A DNA stretch of 64,000 nt from Acidimicrobiales bacterium (GTDB taxonomy: Bacteria > Actinomycetota > Acidimicrobiia > Acidimicrobiales > SZUA-35), in contig CBDCGP010000016.1 of the NCBI GenBank assembly GCA_965216655.1, positions 4,031-68,030 of the forward strand, read 5' to 3'. Every line of letters starts with the position of its first letter. Position 1 is the first letter of the stretch. The position numbers were made by a program, and so were the translations under genes. This document shows, one piece after another, positions 29,203 to 38,030 of the stretch. The notes under the pieces were generated by a model, which had not been told where the DNA came from, made no database searches, and saw nothing but the letters and a program-made list of their open reading frames with translations.

Positions 29203-29364
29203 ACCGTCATTGGATGGTGATCGGGCGCACACTCGGTAGAGGCCAAGGTCCAGTGGTTCGACCCGGCTGTGTCACGAGCTCGAACCGGGACTGTTCTTCA
29301 GCTGATCGGGTGAGGTGCTCCGCAGCTCGTACGTACGCCCCGGCACCCACTCTGGCAGCCGAGT

Positions 29365-29402
29365 GACATACGACAGGCATACGTGTATGCTTGATGTATG
29401 TC
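29365..29402. promoter_or_regulatory. nested palindromic operator overlapping the antitoxin start codon
   Basis: GACATAC-gacag-GCATAC-gt-GTATGC-ttgat-GTATGTC. Both arm pairs are exact reverse complements. ATG at 29398. Confidence 0.6.
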
Positions 29403-29652
29403 TGATGTGATACCGGATAGGCCGAGGCGTAAGTCGATGTTCCTTGGCCCGAATGCGCTCCGCAATCTTGCTGTGACGGCTTCTCGTCGCCGAACGGAAC
29501 GCGAAGCGGTCGAGGACGCACTTGAACTCCTCGCTGCGCACGATGCTCAACGTGATGCCATGCAGGAGTTCGTCGACTGGGCAACCGCTGAGTGGGGATT
29601 ACCAACGGAGGCTGAGCGAGCGAGGGCCGACGAGATTTGGTCTGCTCGGTGA
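29398..29652 (+). CDS. type II antitoxin (VapB-like; family not recognised)
   Basis: 84-aa ORF immediately upstream of, and overlapping, a PIN toxin. Operator palindrome at its start. Confidence 0.6.
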   Translation: MSDVIPDRPRRKSMFLGPNALRNLAVTASRRRTEREAVEDALELLAAHDAQRDAMQEFVDWATAEWGLPTEAERARADEIWSAR

Positions 29653-30005
29653 TCTTCGACCCAGGGGTGTTCATTGCCTTGGAGAACCCTTCGCAACGCA
29701 GGGTCGTGCTCGCCTTGGTCGAGAAGATGCAGTCCGAGGGTGTCGAGCCGGCCACCAATGACGCGGCGCTGGCTCAAGCATGGCGTGACCCGGCAAAGCA
29801 GGTGCCCATGGCCATGTTGGTCAAGGCCACCACGGTGTACCCCTTTGGGGATCCCAGGGTCATCGGCCGGCGGTGCGCCATCGCCGGTACGAGCGATGTG
29901 GTCGATGCAAGCCTTGCGGTGCTGGCCGATCAACTCGACATGACGATCGTGACCTCCGACCCTGCCGACATCGTTCGCCTCGATGTCGCCTTCCGCGAGC
30001 TGTAG
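29649..30005 (+). CDS. vapC: PIN-domain ribonuclease toxin (VapC-like)
   Basis: VIFDPGVFIALE (first acidic motif), DASLAVLA and IVTSDPADI. GTG 29649 overlaps the antitoxin stop (GTGA). An alternative start lies at 29637. Confidence 0.8.
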   Translation: MIFDPGVFIALENPSQRRVVLALVEKMQSEGVEPATNDAALAQAWRDPAKQVPMAMLVKATTVYPFGDPRVIGRRCAIAGTSDVVDASLAVLADQLDMTIVTSDPADIVRLDVAFREL

Positions 30006-30222
30006 GCCCGATAACGACCCAGGTTCCTGACGGTGGCCTCGGCCGTGCTGCGAGCACGTATCCGTAGTTGTCGTTCGCCCGCCTGTCTCCCACACCGATG
30101 AGAGGAGACACCAGTATCACCCATCCGGGGCGAGGAGGAACGGCACTTGCAGCCCAGGCCAGTTGCCGACGGTGACGCCGTCCCGGCGCCGACGTTGTCG
30201 CTGTGCGGCCCCGTTCGTCTGT

Positions 30223-30885
30223 TCAGGGATCTTCCTCTCCCAGCCCGAACATCGCACTGCAGGCCTCGAACCCTTCGACCCGAATATCGGAGTCGGAGCG
30301 GGACTCGACCCAACGTTGCCTGGTGAGGAGGTAGCGGACCTGTTCTGTGCGCATTCCTCGACTGTTCACGATATTGGTTCCGTTGGGCTCGTAGCCGGTT
30401 GCGAGCGAGACGCGCTGTGATGCCAGGTTGTCCTTCCTTGCAGCGCTGGTGATCGCCATGGCTCCAAGACATTCGAATCCGAAATGCACGACCGCTCGTC
30501 GCATTTCCTTGCCGATGCCCTTGCCCTGATGAGCGATACCGAGCCAGGAGCCGGTCTCGGCGGTCCGCAATGTCGGGAAGTCACTGGCGGTGAGGTTCTG
30601 GACACCGACGACGGTCCCGTTGCTGATGACCGCAAACGGGAGATCCCAGCTGGCGGCTGAGAAGTTGGCTCGACATCTCCACCAATACTTCAGTGCGCCG
30701 CGCTCGAGCTCTGGTGACTGCGTGTCAGTCCACTCGGTGGTGAACGGCATCGTATCGGGGTCGTGTATTCCGCCGAGCACCAGCTCCACTAACTCGGTGA
30801 GGTCGGCATCGGTTGGTGTTCGCAGCTCAAGCGAGGGGGTCCGGATTCGGAGCTCGAAGAGCGGCCAGTGGTCCGACAGCGTCAT
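30223..30885 (-). CDS. GNAT family N-acetyltransferase (RimJ/RimL-like)
   Basis: LRTPTDADLTELVEL...WLGIAHQGKGIGKEMRRAVVHFGF...ARKDNLASQRV. Confidence 0.8.
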   Translation of the reverse strand: MTLSDHWPLFELRIRTPSLELRTPTDADLTELVELVLGGIHDPDTMPFTTEWTDTQSPELERGALKYWWRCRANFSAASWDLPFAVISNGTVVGVQNLTASDFPTLRTAETGSWLGIAHQGKGIGKEMRRAVVHFGFECLGAMAITSAARKDNLASQRVSLATGYEPNGTNIVNSRGMRTEQVRYLLTRQRWVESRSDSDIRVEGFEACSAMFGLGEEDP

Positions 30886-31132
30886 ACGCGTAGTTTGCCC
30901 GAGCTCGACCGACGCCGCTGCCACTTTCATTTCGCCCTCCGGGCATCACAGTGGCGGCCAAGACCGCACCAGCCCGGCATCCCGTCATGTGGTCCGAGAT
31001 GCCGCGAAGACTATCACCGGCATTTTGTCGCGCTGGAGGCTCGGGATGTCCCTGGGTTGGACATTGAGCTGGTCGAGCTACTGGAGGTGACAACCTCGAC
31101 GGGAGCGAGTCTAGAGGACTGCCGCCGGGCAT

Positions 31133-31226
31133 GACGAAGGCCGCTGCCAGGATGTTTGGCCTGGTCAGCGGCCTGCGATGTGGTACGCCCCCTGGGACTT
31201 GAACCCAGAACCTGCGGATTAATAGT
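31133..31226. repeat. distal direct repeat of island: copy of the tRNA-Lys 3' half (31181..31226) plus terminator hairpin
   Basis: 94-bp gapless alignment with 40947..41040 and 9 mismatches. The tRNA-derived 42 nt (31181..31222) are identical. Confidence 0.8.
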
Positions 31227-31421
31227 TCCCAGAATATTTTCCAGGGAGTCCGGTGCAGTCCGCTGAGCAGGGCTTTGTCCGGGTGTCGGTCCGGTGAGTC
31301 CAGTGGATTCCGGTGAGACACGGGGAGTTTGGCACCCACTTTGGCACCCGACAGATTTGAACTAGTTGCGGTGTGTGGGATGTTCGTGGTCGAGGAGGTG
31401 TTGCGGATCGCTTCGGCGAGT

Positions 31422-31436
31422 TGTACGATTCGTACA
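31422..31436. promoter_or_regulatory. palindromic operator TGTACGA-T-TCGTACA abutting the yefM-like start
   Basis: Perfect 7-bp arms. TGTAC(A) is the core described for YefM-type operators. Confidence 0.55.
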
Positions 31437-31687
31437 TGAGCGAAGTGGCAGTCAGCGATGCCCGCAACCGGCTTGCCGAAGTGATCGAGGAGTCCCGTCG
31501 TTCCGGTGAACCGATCTCGGTGACGCGTCGGGGGCGACGGGTGGCGGTGATCATCGACTCTGATGCGTTCGATCGTCTCGTCGAGATCGCCGATGATGTT
31601 GATGATCGTCGGGAACTCGACGCGGCCAGAGCCGATGACGACTATGTGCCCTGGGATGATGTGAAGGCGATGCTGGGGCTCGAGTGA
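31436..31687 (+). CDS. Phd/YefM family antitoxin
   Basis: MSEVAVSDARNRLAEVIEESRRSGEPISVTRRGRRVAVIID is a canonical YefM N-terminus. Confidence 0.85.
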   Translation: MSEVAVSDARNRLAEVIEESRRSGEPISVTRRGRRVAVIIDSDAFDRLVEIADDVDDRRELDAARADDDYVPWDDVKAMLGLE

Positions 31688-31944
31688 GCCGCTATCACGT
31701 CGATGTTGCGCGCCGTGCGGTGAAGTCGATTGCCAAGCTTCCACGAGCAGATCAGCAGCGGGTGCGGGCGGCGATTGATCTGCTGGCGGATGAACCTCGC
31801 CCCCCGGGTTGCACCAAGCTTGCCGGGGAGGATTCGGTGTATCGAGTGCGTGTCGGTGACTACCGGATCCTCTATGAAGTCATCGATGCGCGCCTGGTGG
31901 TTCACGTTGTGCGAGTCGGCCATCGCCGTGACGTCTACCGGTAG
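31684..31944 (+). CDS. RelE/ParE (StbE-like) family toxin
   Basis: AIDLLADEPRPPGCTKLAGEDSVYRVRVGDYRILYEVIDARLVVHVVRVGHRRDVY. GTGA overlap with the antitoxin stop. Confidence 0.85.
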   Translation: MSRYHVDVARRAVKSIAKLPRADQQRVRAAIDLLADEPRPPGCTKLAGEDSVYRVRVGDYRILYEVIDARLVVHVVRVGHRRDVYR

Positions 31945-32228
31945 CGCCCCCGCGCCCGCTCGACGTGGACCGATTGGCGAGCGGCCTGGCCGGTCTGATC
32001 GTCGGTAACCGAGTCTTTCCCCAGGCCGTCGTCGAGCCACGGAACGCTCGTCACGCCCACCGCAGTCTCGTCCCCGCTCGCTCTATGCGGGGCAACACGC
32101 TGGTTGCCGCTTGCCTTGCGCCCAGGTCAGGTCGCTCGTGGGTGATATCGGATAATCGGCCGGGATGCGACTCGCTGAAGCCACCGCCCGTTCGGGTCGG
32201 ATGGGTCCCTGCCGGCATCGCCCTGGGG

Positions 32229-33716
32229 TCAGTACGAACGGGCTATGTAGGCCACGAGACCGGGCTCCGACTCGTCGTCTGGCAGGGACCCATCGGCCCT
32301 GGTCAGGCAGCGGACGGTCACTGCCTTGGCCCGCAACCGCTGTTCGCCTCCACTGACCAGCTTGTCCCAGGCGATACGGGCCCATCCCGTCGCTGCGGCG
32401 TCCAGCGCCTCGTCGATCGATGAGACATCAACGATGGAGGCATCTCGGAACACCTCGGCCTGGGCCAGAAGCTCCTCCTGAACCTGTGCCAAGCGGTCGA
32501 CGACGAAGCGGGCCGCCCCGCTCAGGGGGATGGCCGCCTTGGCCTCCTCTGTCCTGGCTCGAACCCCGACCTGTTGCCGATCAAGATCTCGACGCCCGAT
32601 CTCGATGCGGACCGGCACCCCTTTCAGTTCCCAGTCGGTGACGCGGCGCCCAAAGGTCTGCTCGGTCCGGTCGTCGACCCGGGCCCTCTGCCCGAGGGCC
32701 CGCAGCTCGCCGGCCAACGTGTTCGCTGCTGCGGCGACATCACCATCTTCTCCGATCTGGAGGATCACGGCCTGAGTCGGCGCAACGGACGGAGGGAGGC
32801 GGAGACCCTGGTCATCGCCGTGGGCCATGATCAAGCCGCCCACCATCCGGGTCGACGTGCCCCACGACGTCGTCCAGCAGAATCGGCGGTCGCCTCCGGC
32901 GTCAAGGAAGTCCATGCCCGAAGCTCGGGCGAAATTCTGCCCCAGCTCGTGGCTCGTCCCCATCTGCAACGCCTTGCCGTCGGCCATCACCGCCTCACAC
33001 GCCATCGTGTTGACGGCACCAGCGAAGCGCTCCGATGCTGGCTTGATCCCGGTGACAACCGGCACGGCGAGCGCTTCCCGCATGTGAGGCACGTAGACCT
33101 CATCGAGGATCATCCGTGCATATTTGCTGGCTGATTCCCGGGTGCTGTGGGCCGTGTGGCCTTCCTGCCACAGGAACTCGCTGGTACGGAGGAAGATTCG
33201 GGGCCGGAGTTCCCACCGCACCACGTTGCACCATTGGTTGAGCAGTAGCGGCAGGTCCCGGTAGCTCTGGATCCACTTGCTCATGTACTGGCCAAACACG
33301 GTCTCAGACGTCGGCCGAACAACAACCGGCTGATCCAGTTCCTTGCCTCCAGCATGAGTCACGACGGCCAGCTCCGGGCTGAAACCCTCGACATGCTCGG
33401 CCTCCCGTTCGAGGTAGCCCTGAGGTATGAACAGCGGCAGATAGACGTTCTCTGCGCCCACTGCTTTGATCCTGCGGTCCATGTCGGCCTGGATGTGTTC
33501 CCACACCGCGAACCCGTAAGGCCGGATCACCATCGTTCCGCGGACCGGGCCGTTCTCGGCCAGCTCGGCCTTCGCCAGGACGTCCTGATACCAGCCGGGG
33601 AAGTCATCAGCCTGGGCGGTGAGCACCTTCTCAGAATAGGTCAAGACGGTTCCCAGCCGAGGCCGATCGATAACGGCCAAAAACAAGGGCCTCGAGCCGG
33701 CCACGCAGGACGGCAC
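32229..33716 (-). CDS. proS: proline--tRNA ligase, archaeal/eukaryote-like short form (no INS editing domain)
   Basis: FPGWYQDVLAKAEL, VVRPTSETV, RIFLRTSEFLWQEGHTAH, and a C-terminal ...YIARSY ending in Tyr. The true start may be TTG at 33644. Confidence 0.9.
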   Translation of the reverse strand: MPSCVAGSRPLFLAVIDRPRLGTVLTYSEKVLTAQADDFPGWYQDVLAKAELAENGPVRGTMVIRPYGFAVWEHIQADMDRRIKAVGAENVYLPLFIPQGYLEREAEHVEGFSPELAVVTHAGGKELDQPVVVRPTSETVFGQYMSKWIQSYRDLPLLLNQWCNVVRWELRPRIFLRTSEFLWQEGHTAHSTRESASKYARMILDEVYVPHMREALAVPVVTGIKPASERFAGAVNTMACEAVMADGKALQMGTSHELGQNFARASGMDFLDAGGDRRFCWTTSWGTSTRMVGGLIMAHGDDQGLRLPPSVAPTQAVILQIGEDGDVAAAANTLAGELRALGQRARVDDRTEQTFGRRVTDWELKGVPVRIEIGRRDLDRQQVGVRARTEEAKAAIPLSGAARFVVDRLAQVQEELLAQAEVFRDASIVDVSSIDEALDAAATGWARIAWDKLVSGGEQRLRAKAVTVRCLTRADGSLPDDESEPGLVAYIARSY

Positions 33717-34288
33717 TGGCTAGTGCCGCACTCGGTATCACCGGTAGCCCAATCCGAGCCGCCACATATTGTGACGTCATAGCCGACGACAAGCTGGTCA
33801 CGCTTGCGCAGCGTGAGTGATTCTGTTCTCGAGCGGTCGGCCCGGGCGACTTCGCCGGTTCCCCGGCGGTTCGGTGGCGACCGCTGGGTCACATGGCTTG
33901 TGTGGCTATGACGAGCGGTGAGCCATGGGATTAGGACCGGACAGGGCATTGGATATCACCGGGGCTCGGGCGGACCACCTTGTCGCCCCGGTCGAGGGGT
34001 TTCTTGGCCATGAGCGTGACCGGGTGGGCTGGTTGTTGCCGGAGGCTCCCGTTCGGTCGTCGTGTCCCGGTCGCTACGAGGACCCTTCGAGGCCAGTCAG
34101 CTCGCAATAACCGGTCGCTCGACAACCCTGGCGAGGCCCGACGCTGCAGCCGATAATCGCTGGCAGCTCGTGAACGTTGAGGGTATGTTGATCTTGGGGT
34201 CCCCGATCGGCCAGGCACTGAATATCGAAGCGGCATGCCGGGGATATCTGAGCAGACTCTGAATGTCGAGTCACAAAATGGAGGGAGA

Positions 34289-35091
34289 ATGATGGAAAGA
34301 ATTGCGACGGACTTTGGTCACGTGGAAGGAGAGATTGTCGGCCAAGGGCCGCCTGTGTTGTTGATACACGGGTCGATCGTGGCCGACGGCTATGAACCGT
34401 TCCGCACCCAGGAATCGCTTACCGGCAATTTCCAAATGGTGTCTATCATCGGCGCGGATTCAGCGGGTCGGCCGATCACGACGGGCCGTTCAGCATCGCC
34501 CAACAGGCAGCGGAGGCCGTGGCCGTTCTGGACCATTTCGGAATCGACCGTGCCCACCTTGTCGGCCATTCCTATGGTGCGGTAACCGCCCTGCAGGTTG
34601 CCCTCGACGTGCCCGAGCGCGTCCGCTCACTGGTCCTGGAGGAGCCCCCGTTGTACTATGTGCCGTCGGCTGCGGCCTTCGGCGAGGCCATGGAGCAGAT
34701 CGGTGCGCTCTATGGATCAGGTGACAAGGCAGGCGCTCTCGAAGCGTTTCTCGTCGGGGTCGGTGGGCCCGACTACCGTGAGCGCATCGATCCGCATCTG
34801 CCCCCGGGTTGGTACGAGCAGGCATTGGCCGAGATCGACTTGTTCTTCCAGGTGGAGGCTCCTGCGCTTGGGGAATGGCCGTTCGGCCCGGATCAGGCCC
34901 GGACGATCAAGGCGCCTGCGTTCGCCGTCGTCGGCGAGGAGTCCGCCCCCTTTCTTCAGGACGGCGTCGGCTTCCTCAACGAGCATCTCGGTGCCGAGCG
35001 CGTCGTTGTTGCCGACTCCGCACACTCATTGCACATGTCGCATCCAGAGGTGGTAGCGGACGCGATCGCCGACTTCCTGCTTCGGCATTAG
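34289..35091 (+). pseudogene. alpha/beta hydrolase with a frameshift near 34440-34450
   Basis: Frame A reads MMERIATDF...GQGPPVLLIHGS...NFQMV. Frame B reads YHRRGFSGSADHDGPFSIAQQAAEAVAVLDHFGIDRAHLVGHSYGA... to 35091. The RBS GGAGGGAG lies before the ATGATG. Confidence 0.7.
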
Positions 35092-35594
35092 CCCGGCAGT
35101 CGCTCACACAACCAGGGTTGTGCGGTGGGTCGTCTGTGACCCGGATCGACACGACCGAGCGGGAGCAGCTCGATGACCTCGTGGTGCCGACCACGTTGAT
35201 GGGTAGCGCCCCCAACCCCGGTGGCTGGTCGACCGTGACCGGCTGAAGGGGGTGGGGGTGCGCCGGGTTCTGGCCGGTCATGGGTTCAACATCGGTCGAG
35301 CCGCTGCCGTCGGCGTCAACAGAGTCACCTGATATCTCGGACTGGGCCTGCGCCGTTGCTTCGGCGAGGTCGTTGCTCGAACCCGATCCGCAAGCTGTGC
35401 TGACCGTCACTGCGTCGACCTGTCCGAGGACGCGACGAACCGAGCGCTGAGGAGCCCCGGGCCGATCGTGGAGACGACCGGCTACCTCGAGACACCGGCG
35501 GTGACCGGAGCTGGGATCTCCGGAGGGCGACACTATTCGAGTTGGCCGGCAACTTGTGAGCGGGGGCTGGAGATTCTGATCGCCAGGTGCCGGT

Positions 35595-36980
35595 GTGTCG
35601 GGCCGTGGCGGTGATACTGGCAGTGTGAAGGACGAGGTTTGGCGGCTCGACGCTACGGGGCAGGCCGAGCTTGTTCGGTCAGGGGCGCTGAGCGCGGTCG
35701 AGTTGGTGGAAGCAGCGTTGGCCCGGGTGGGTGAGCTGGCTGGGCTCCACGCGGTGACGGTCTTGTTTGGTGATCGAGCGCTGAGGAAGGCGGGCGAGGT
35801 GTCGGGCCCGTTTGCTGGGGTGCCCATCTTGTTGAAGGATGCCGGCCAGGAGCTGGCTGGCACGCCAATGTGGATGGGATCGAGGGTGCTGAAAGAGGTC
35901 GGCTATGTCTCGGCGGCGACGACCGAACTGGCGGGCCAACTTGAGGCCATGGGTTTTGTCGTTATTGGTAAGGCAGCGGTCCCTGAGTTGATGATCGGGA
36001 TCACGACCGAGCCACCGATTGGTCCGCCGACCGAGAACCCGTGGGCCAGAGATCGGACGGTGGGTGGTTCCAGCGGCGGTTCCGCTGCTGCGGTGGCGGC
36101 CGGGATCGTCCCCATCGCGCATGGCTCGGACTCATCTGGTTCGCTGCGGTTCCCGGCCAGTTGTTGTGGTGTGCTCACCCTGAAGCCCTCGGCTGGGCGT
36201 ATCTCGTCTCGGTTCCCCGGTGGTGTGCCCGACCCCACCAACCGGCACACCGATTTCGTGTTGGCCCGATCTGCCCGTGACCTGGGCGAAGTCTTTGCGT
36301 TGCTCGCTCGAGCGCCGCAGTCCGCAGGAGGCCGTCTCAAGAGGGTCGCTCGGTTGGAGGCCATGCCGTTTGGGCTCTCGCTCGCTCCCGCTGTCGAGCA
36401 GGCGCTGGACGATGTTGCTCGCCGGCTGACCGATCATGGGTTTGAGATCGACCACATCTCGCCCTCGTTCTTGGAGGACTACGGGACGGTGGTGCGCCAG
36501 ACGGTCCCGACTCTCGCTGATGCCCATCTGGCAGCCGTGGTCGATTGGATCGAGGCTCAGATCAAACGACCTGTGGCGGTTGGGGATCTGTCGGCGACCA
36601 CCATCGAAGCTGTCGAGCGCAGTCGCCAACTCGGACCAGAAGCCATCCATGACGCCCACGCGGCGTTCATCAGAGCGGCACGAGTGGCAGCATCGTGGAC
36701 GAGGCGCTTCGACGTCCTGCTGCTACCGATCCTCGACGTGGTCCCCTGGCCCAACGGGACGCCAAACCCCACCAGCGAGCTTGGCGGCCTGCTGTGCAGC
36801 CTCGCCAACCTCTCAGGTCAGCCCTCGACGGTGATCCCCACCGTGCACCACGGGCTACCGGTCGGCGTCCAACTCCAAGCACCGCTGGACCACGACGAAG
36901 CCCTGATCGAGGTTCTGCAGGCCATCAGTCCCACGGCACCTCCAAGCCCGCTCATGAGCATCGACACCATCAGCGCGTAG
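35595..36980 (+). CDS. amidase (amidase-signature family, GatA-like)
   Basis: GGSSGGSAAAVAAGIVPIAHGSDSSGSLRFPASCCGV. Confidence 0.9.
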   Translation: MSGRGGDTGSVKDEVWRLDATGQAELVRSGALSAVELVEAALARVGELAGLHAVTVLFGDRALRKAGEVSGPFAGVPILLKDAGQELAGTPMWMGSRVLKEVGYVSAATTELAGQLEAMGFVVIGKAAVPELMIGITTEPPIGPPTENPWARDRTVGGSSGGSAAAVAAGIVPIAHGSDSSGSLRFPASCCGVLTLKPSAGRISSRFPGGVPDPTNRHTDFVLARSARDLGEVFALLARAPQSAGGRLKRVARLEAMPFGLSLAPAVEQALDDVARRLTDHGFEIDHISPSFLEDYGTVVRQTVPTLADAHLAAVVDWIEAQIKRPVAVGDLSATTIEAVERSRQLGPEAIHDAHAAFIRAARVAASWTRRFDVLLLPILDVVPWPNGTPNPTSELGGLLCSLANLSGQPSTVIPTVHHGLPVGVQLQAPLDHDEALIEVLQAISPTAPPSPLMSIDTISA

Positions 36981-37173
36981 CGGCCAAGGACCGCACGGGA
37001 ACAGGTACTTTCTCCGCACTGCAGTACACCGGACCGCCTAGCGTCCCGGCCACCGACGGTGGCGACCAGGTGGTCGTCGACCTGGCAGCGCTCATCACTC
37101 CCTCTGCGGTCGCGCTCCACCCCACTCGCGTATTCTCGAGTCCCACAACATAGGGATGACGAGGCCATTGCGT

Positions 37174-37497
37174 TCAGGCGTCGCCGCCAGCAGCCTTCCT
37201 TATCAGCGTCTCGCGATCCGGTTCGACGGTACGAATATCCTGTAGCTGGACATCTGCGCGGAGCTGTCTTCGTGCATCCCAGAAGCTGTCCTTCAATACC
37301 ACGAAGTCGATGGTGCCGTCAATGTACCAATGGCAGGCTTGACATGTGTCAAGCAACGCGTTCCGAGATCGGAATGACATTGAGACGCCAGCAGGACCAT
37401 AGAGCTCAGCAAGAACCTGATCAGCTACGCTCTCGAGCTCCTGTTTGTGCTCCACGATGTAGCGGTGATGTCCTGGCGGCAGATCGTTGTCGCGCAC
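37174..37497 (-). CDS. hypothetical protein (107 aa) in a low-GC patch
   Basis: ORF only; contains CQACHWY. Lies downstream of a small TM ORF. Confidence 0.4.
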   Translation of the reverse strand: MRDNDLPPGHHRYIVEHKQELESVADQVLAELYGPAGVSMSFRSRNALLDTCQACHWYIDGTIDFVVLKDSFWDARRQLRADVQLQDIRTVEPDRETLIRKAAGGDA

Positions 37498-37542
37498 CGC
37501 ACCGAGCAGGCGAAATACTCGCGGATAGTGATTAAGGCGCTC

Positions 37543-37716
37543 TTAAACCAGCCTACCTAGAAAGGCGCTATCGACCGTGATTCGCTTCTCCAGTTGCCAC
37601 TGCCGGCGTTCGGAGCGAAGCTTGTATAGGGTGACGCCAACTGAAACCAGGGCGACGAGGGCTGTTGTGAGCGCAGCGACCGTAGCTAGATCAATCGCTG
37701 TTGTTTCGCCTCCCAT
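37543..37716 (-). CDS. small (57 aa) single-pass membrane protein, not in the ORF track
   Basis: My translation is MGGETTAIDLATVAALTTALVALVSVGVTLYKLRSERRQWQLEKRITVDSAFLGRLV. Confidence 0.35.
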   Translation of the reverse strand: MGGETTAIDLATVAALTTALVALVSVGVTLYKLRSERRQWQLEKRITVDSAFLGRLV

Positions 37717-38030
37717 CTAATTGCCCCTCTCTTGATCAGGGTGCAATCCTATCCTCCACCGATACGTCCGGAGATGACGGATCGGCCCCGATCGCTCGAG
37801 GATGGCAGGGCTAGGCCAACATGAGGGCGGTGGCACTGTTGAACTGGGGACGTCATCCCGACCCTTGGTCGGACGCAGATCGGGCGGCCAGCGTCCTCTC
37901 CCGTGGGACTCACCCGTGCTATGTTCCAAGGAGCACAACCGGCTATTTCGGACTGAATACGAGTGCCATCACATCGTTAGCAGCGTTTCGTCCAGCGAGA
38001 CACTTCCTCGACCGCCGCCAAGGGGGAATT

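Noticed and set aside
33717-34288. T-box or other leader upstream of the island ProRS.
   Set aside because: No T-box sequence (the reverse complement of ...GGUGGUACCGCG) or specifier-like architecture was seen. The region looks like decayed non-coding DNA.
35092-35594. About 500 nt gap between the hydrolase and the amidase. A minus-strand stretch reads ...VSTACGSGSSNDLAEATAQAQ... and resembles a lipoprotein N-terminus.
   Set aside because: It is embedded in a 295-aa low-complexity shadow ORF with no start context or downstream domain. At best it is an unrecognisable remnant.
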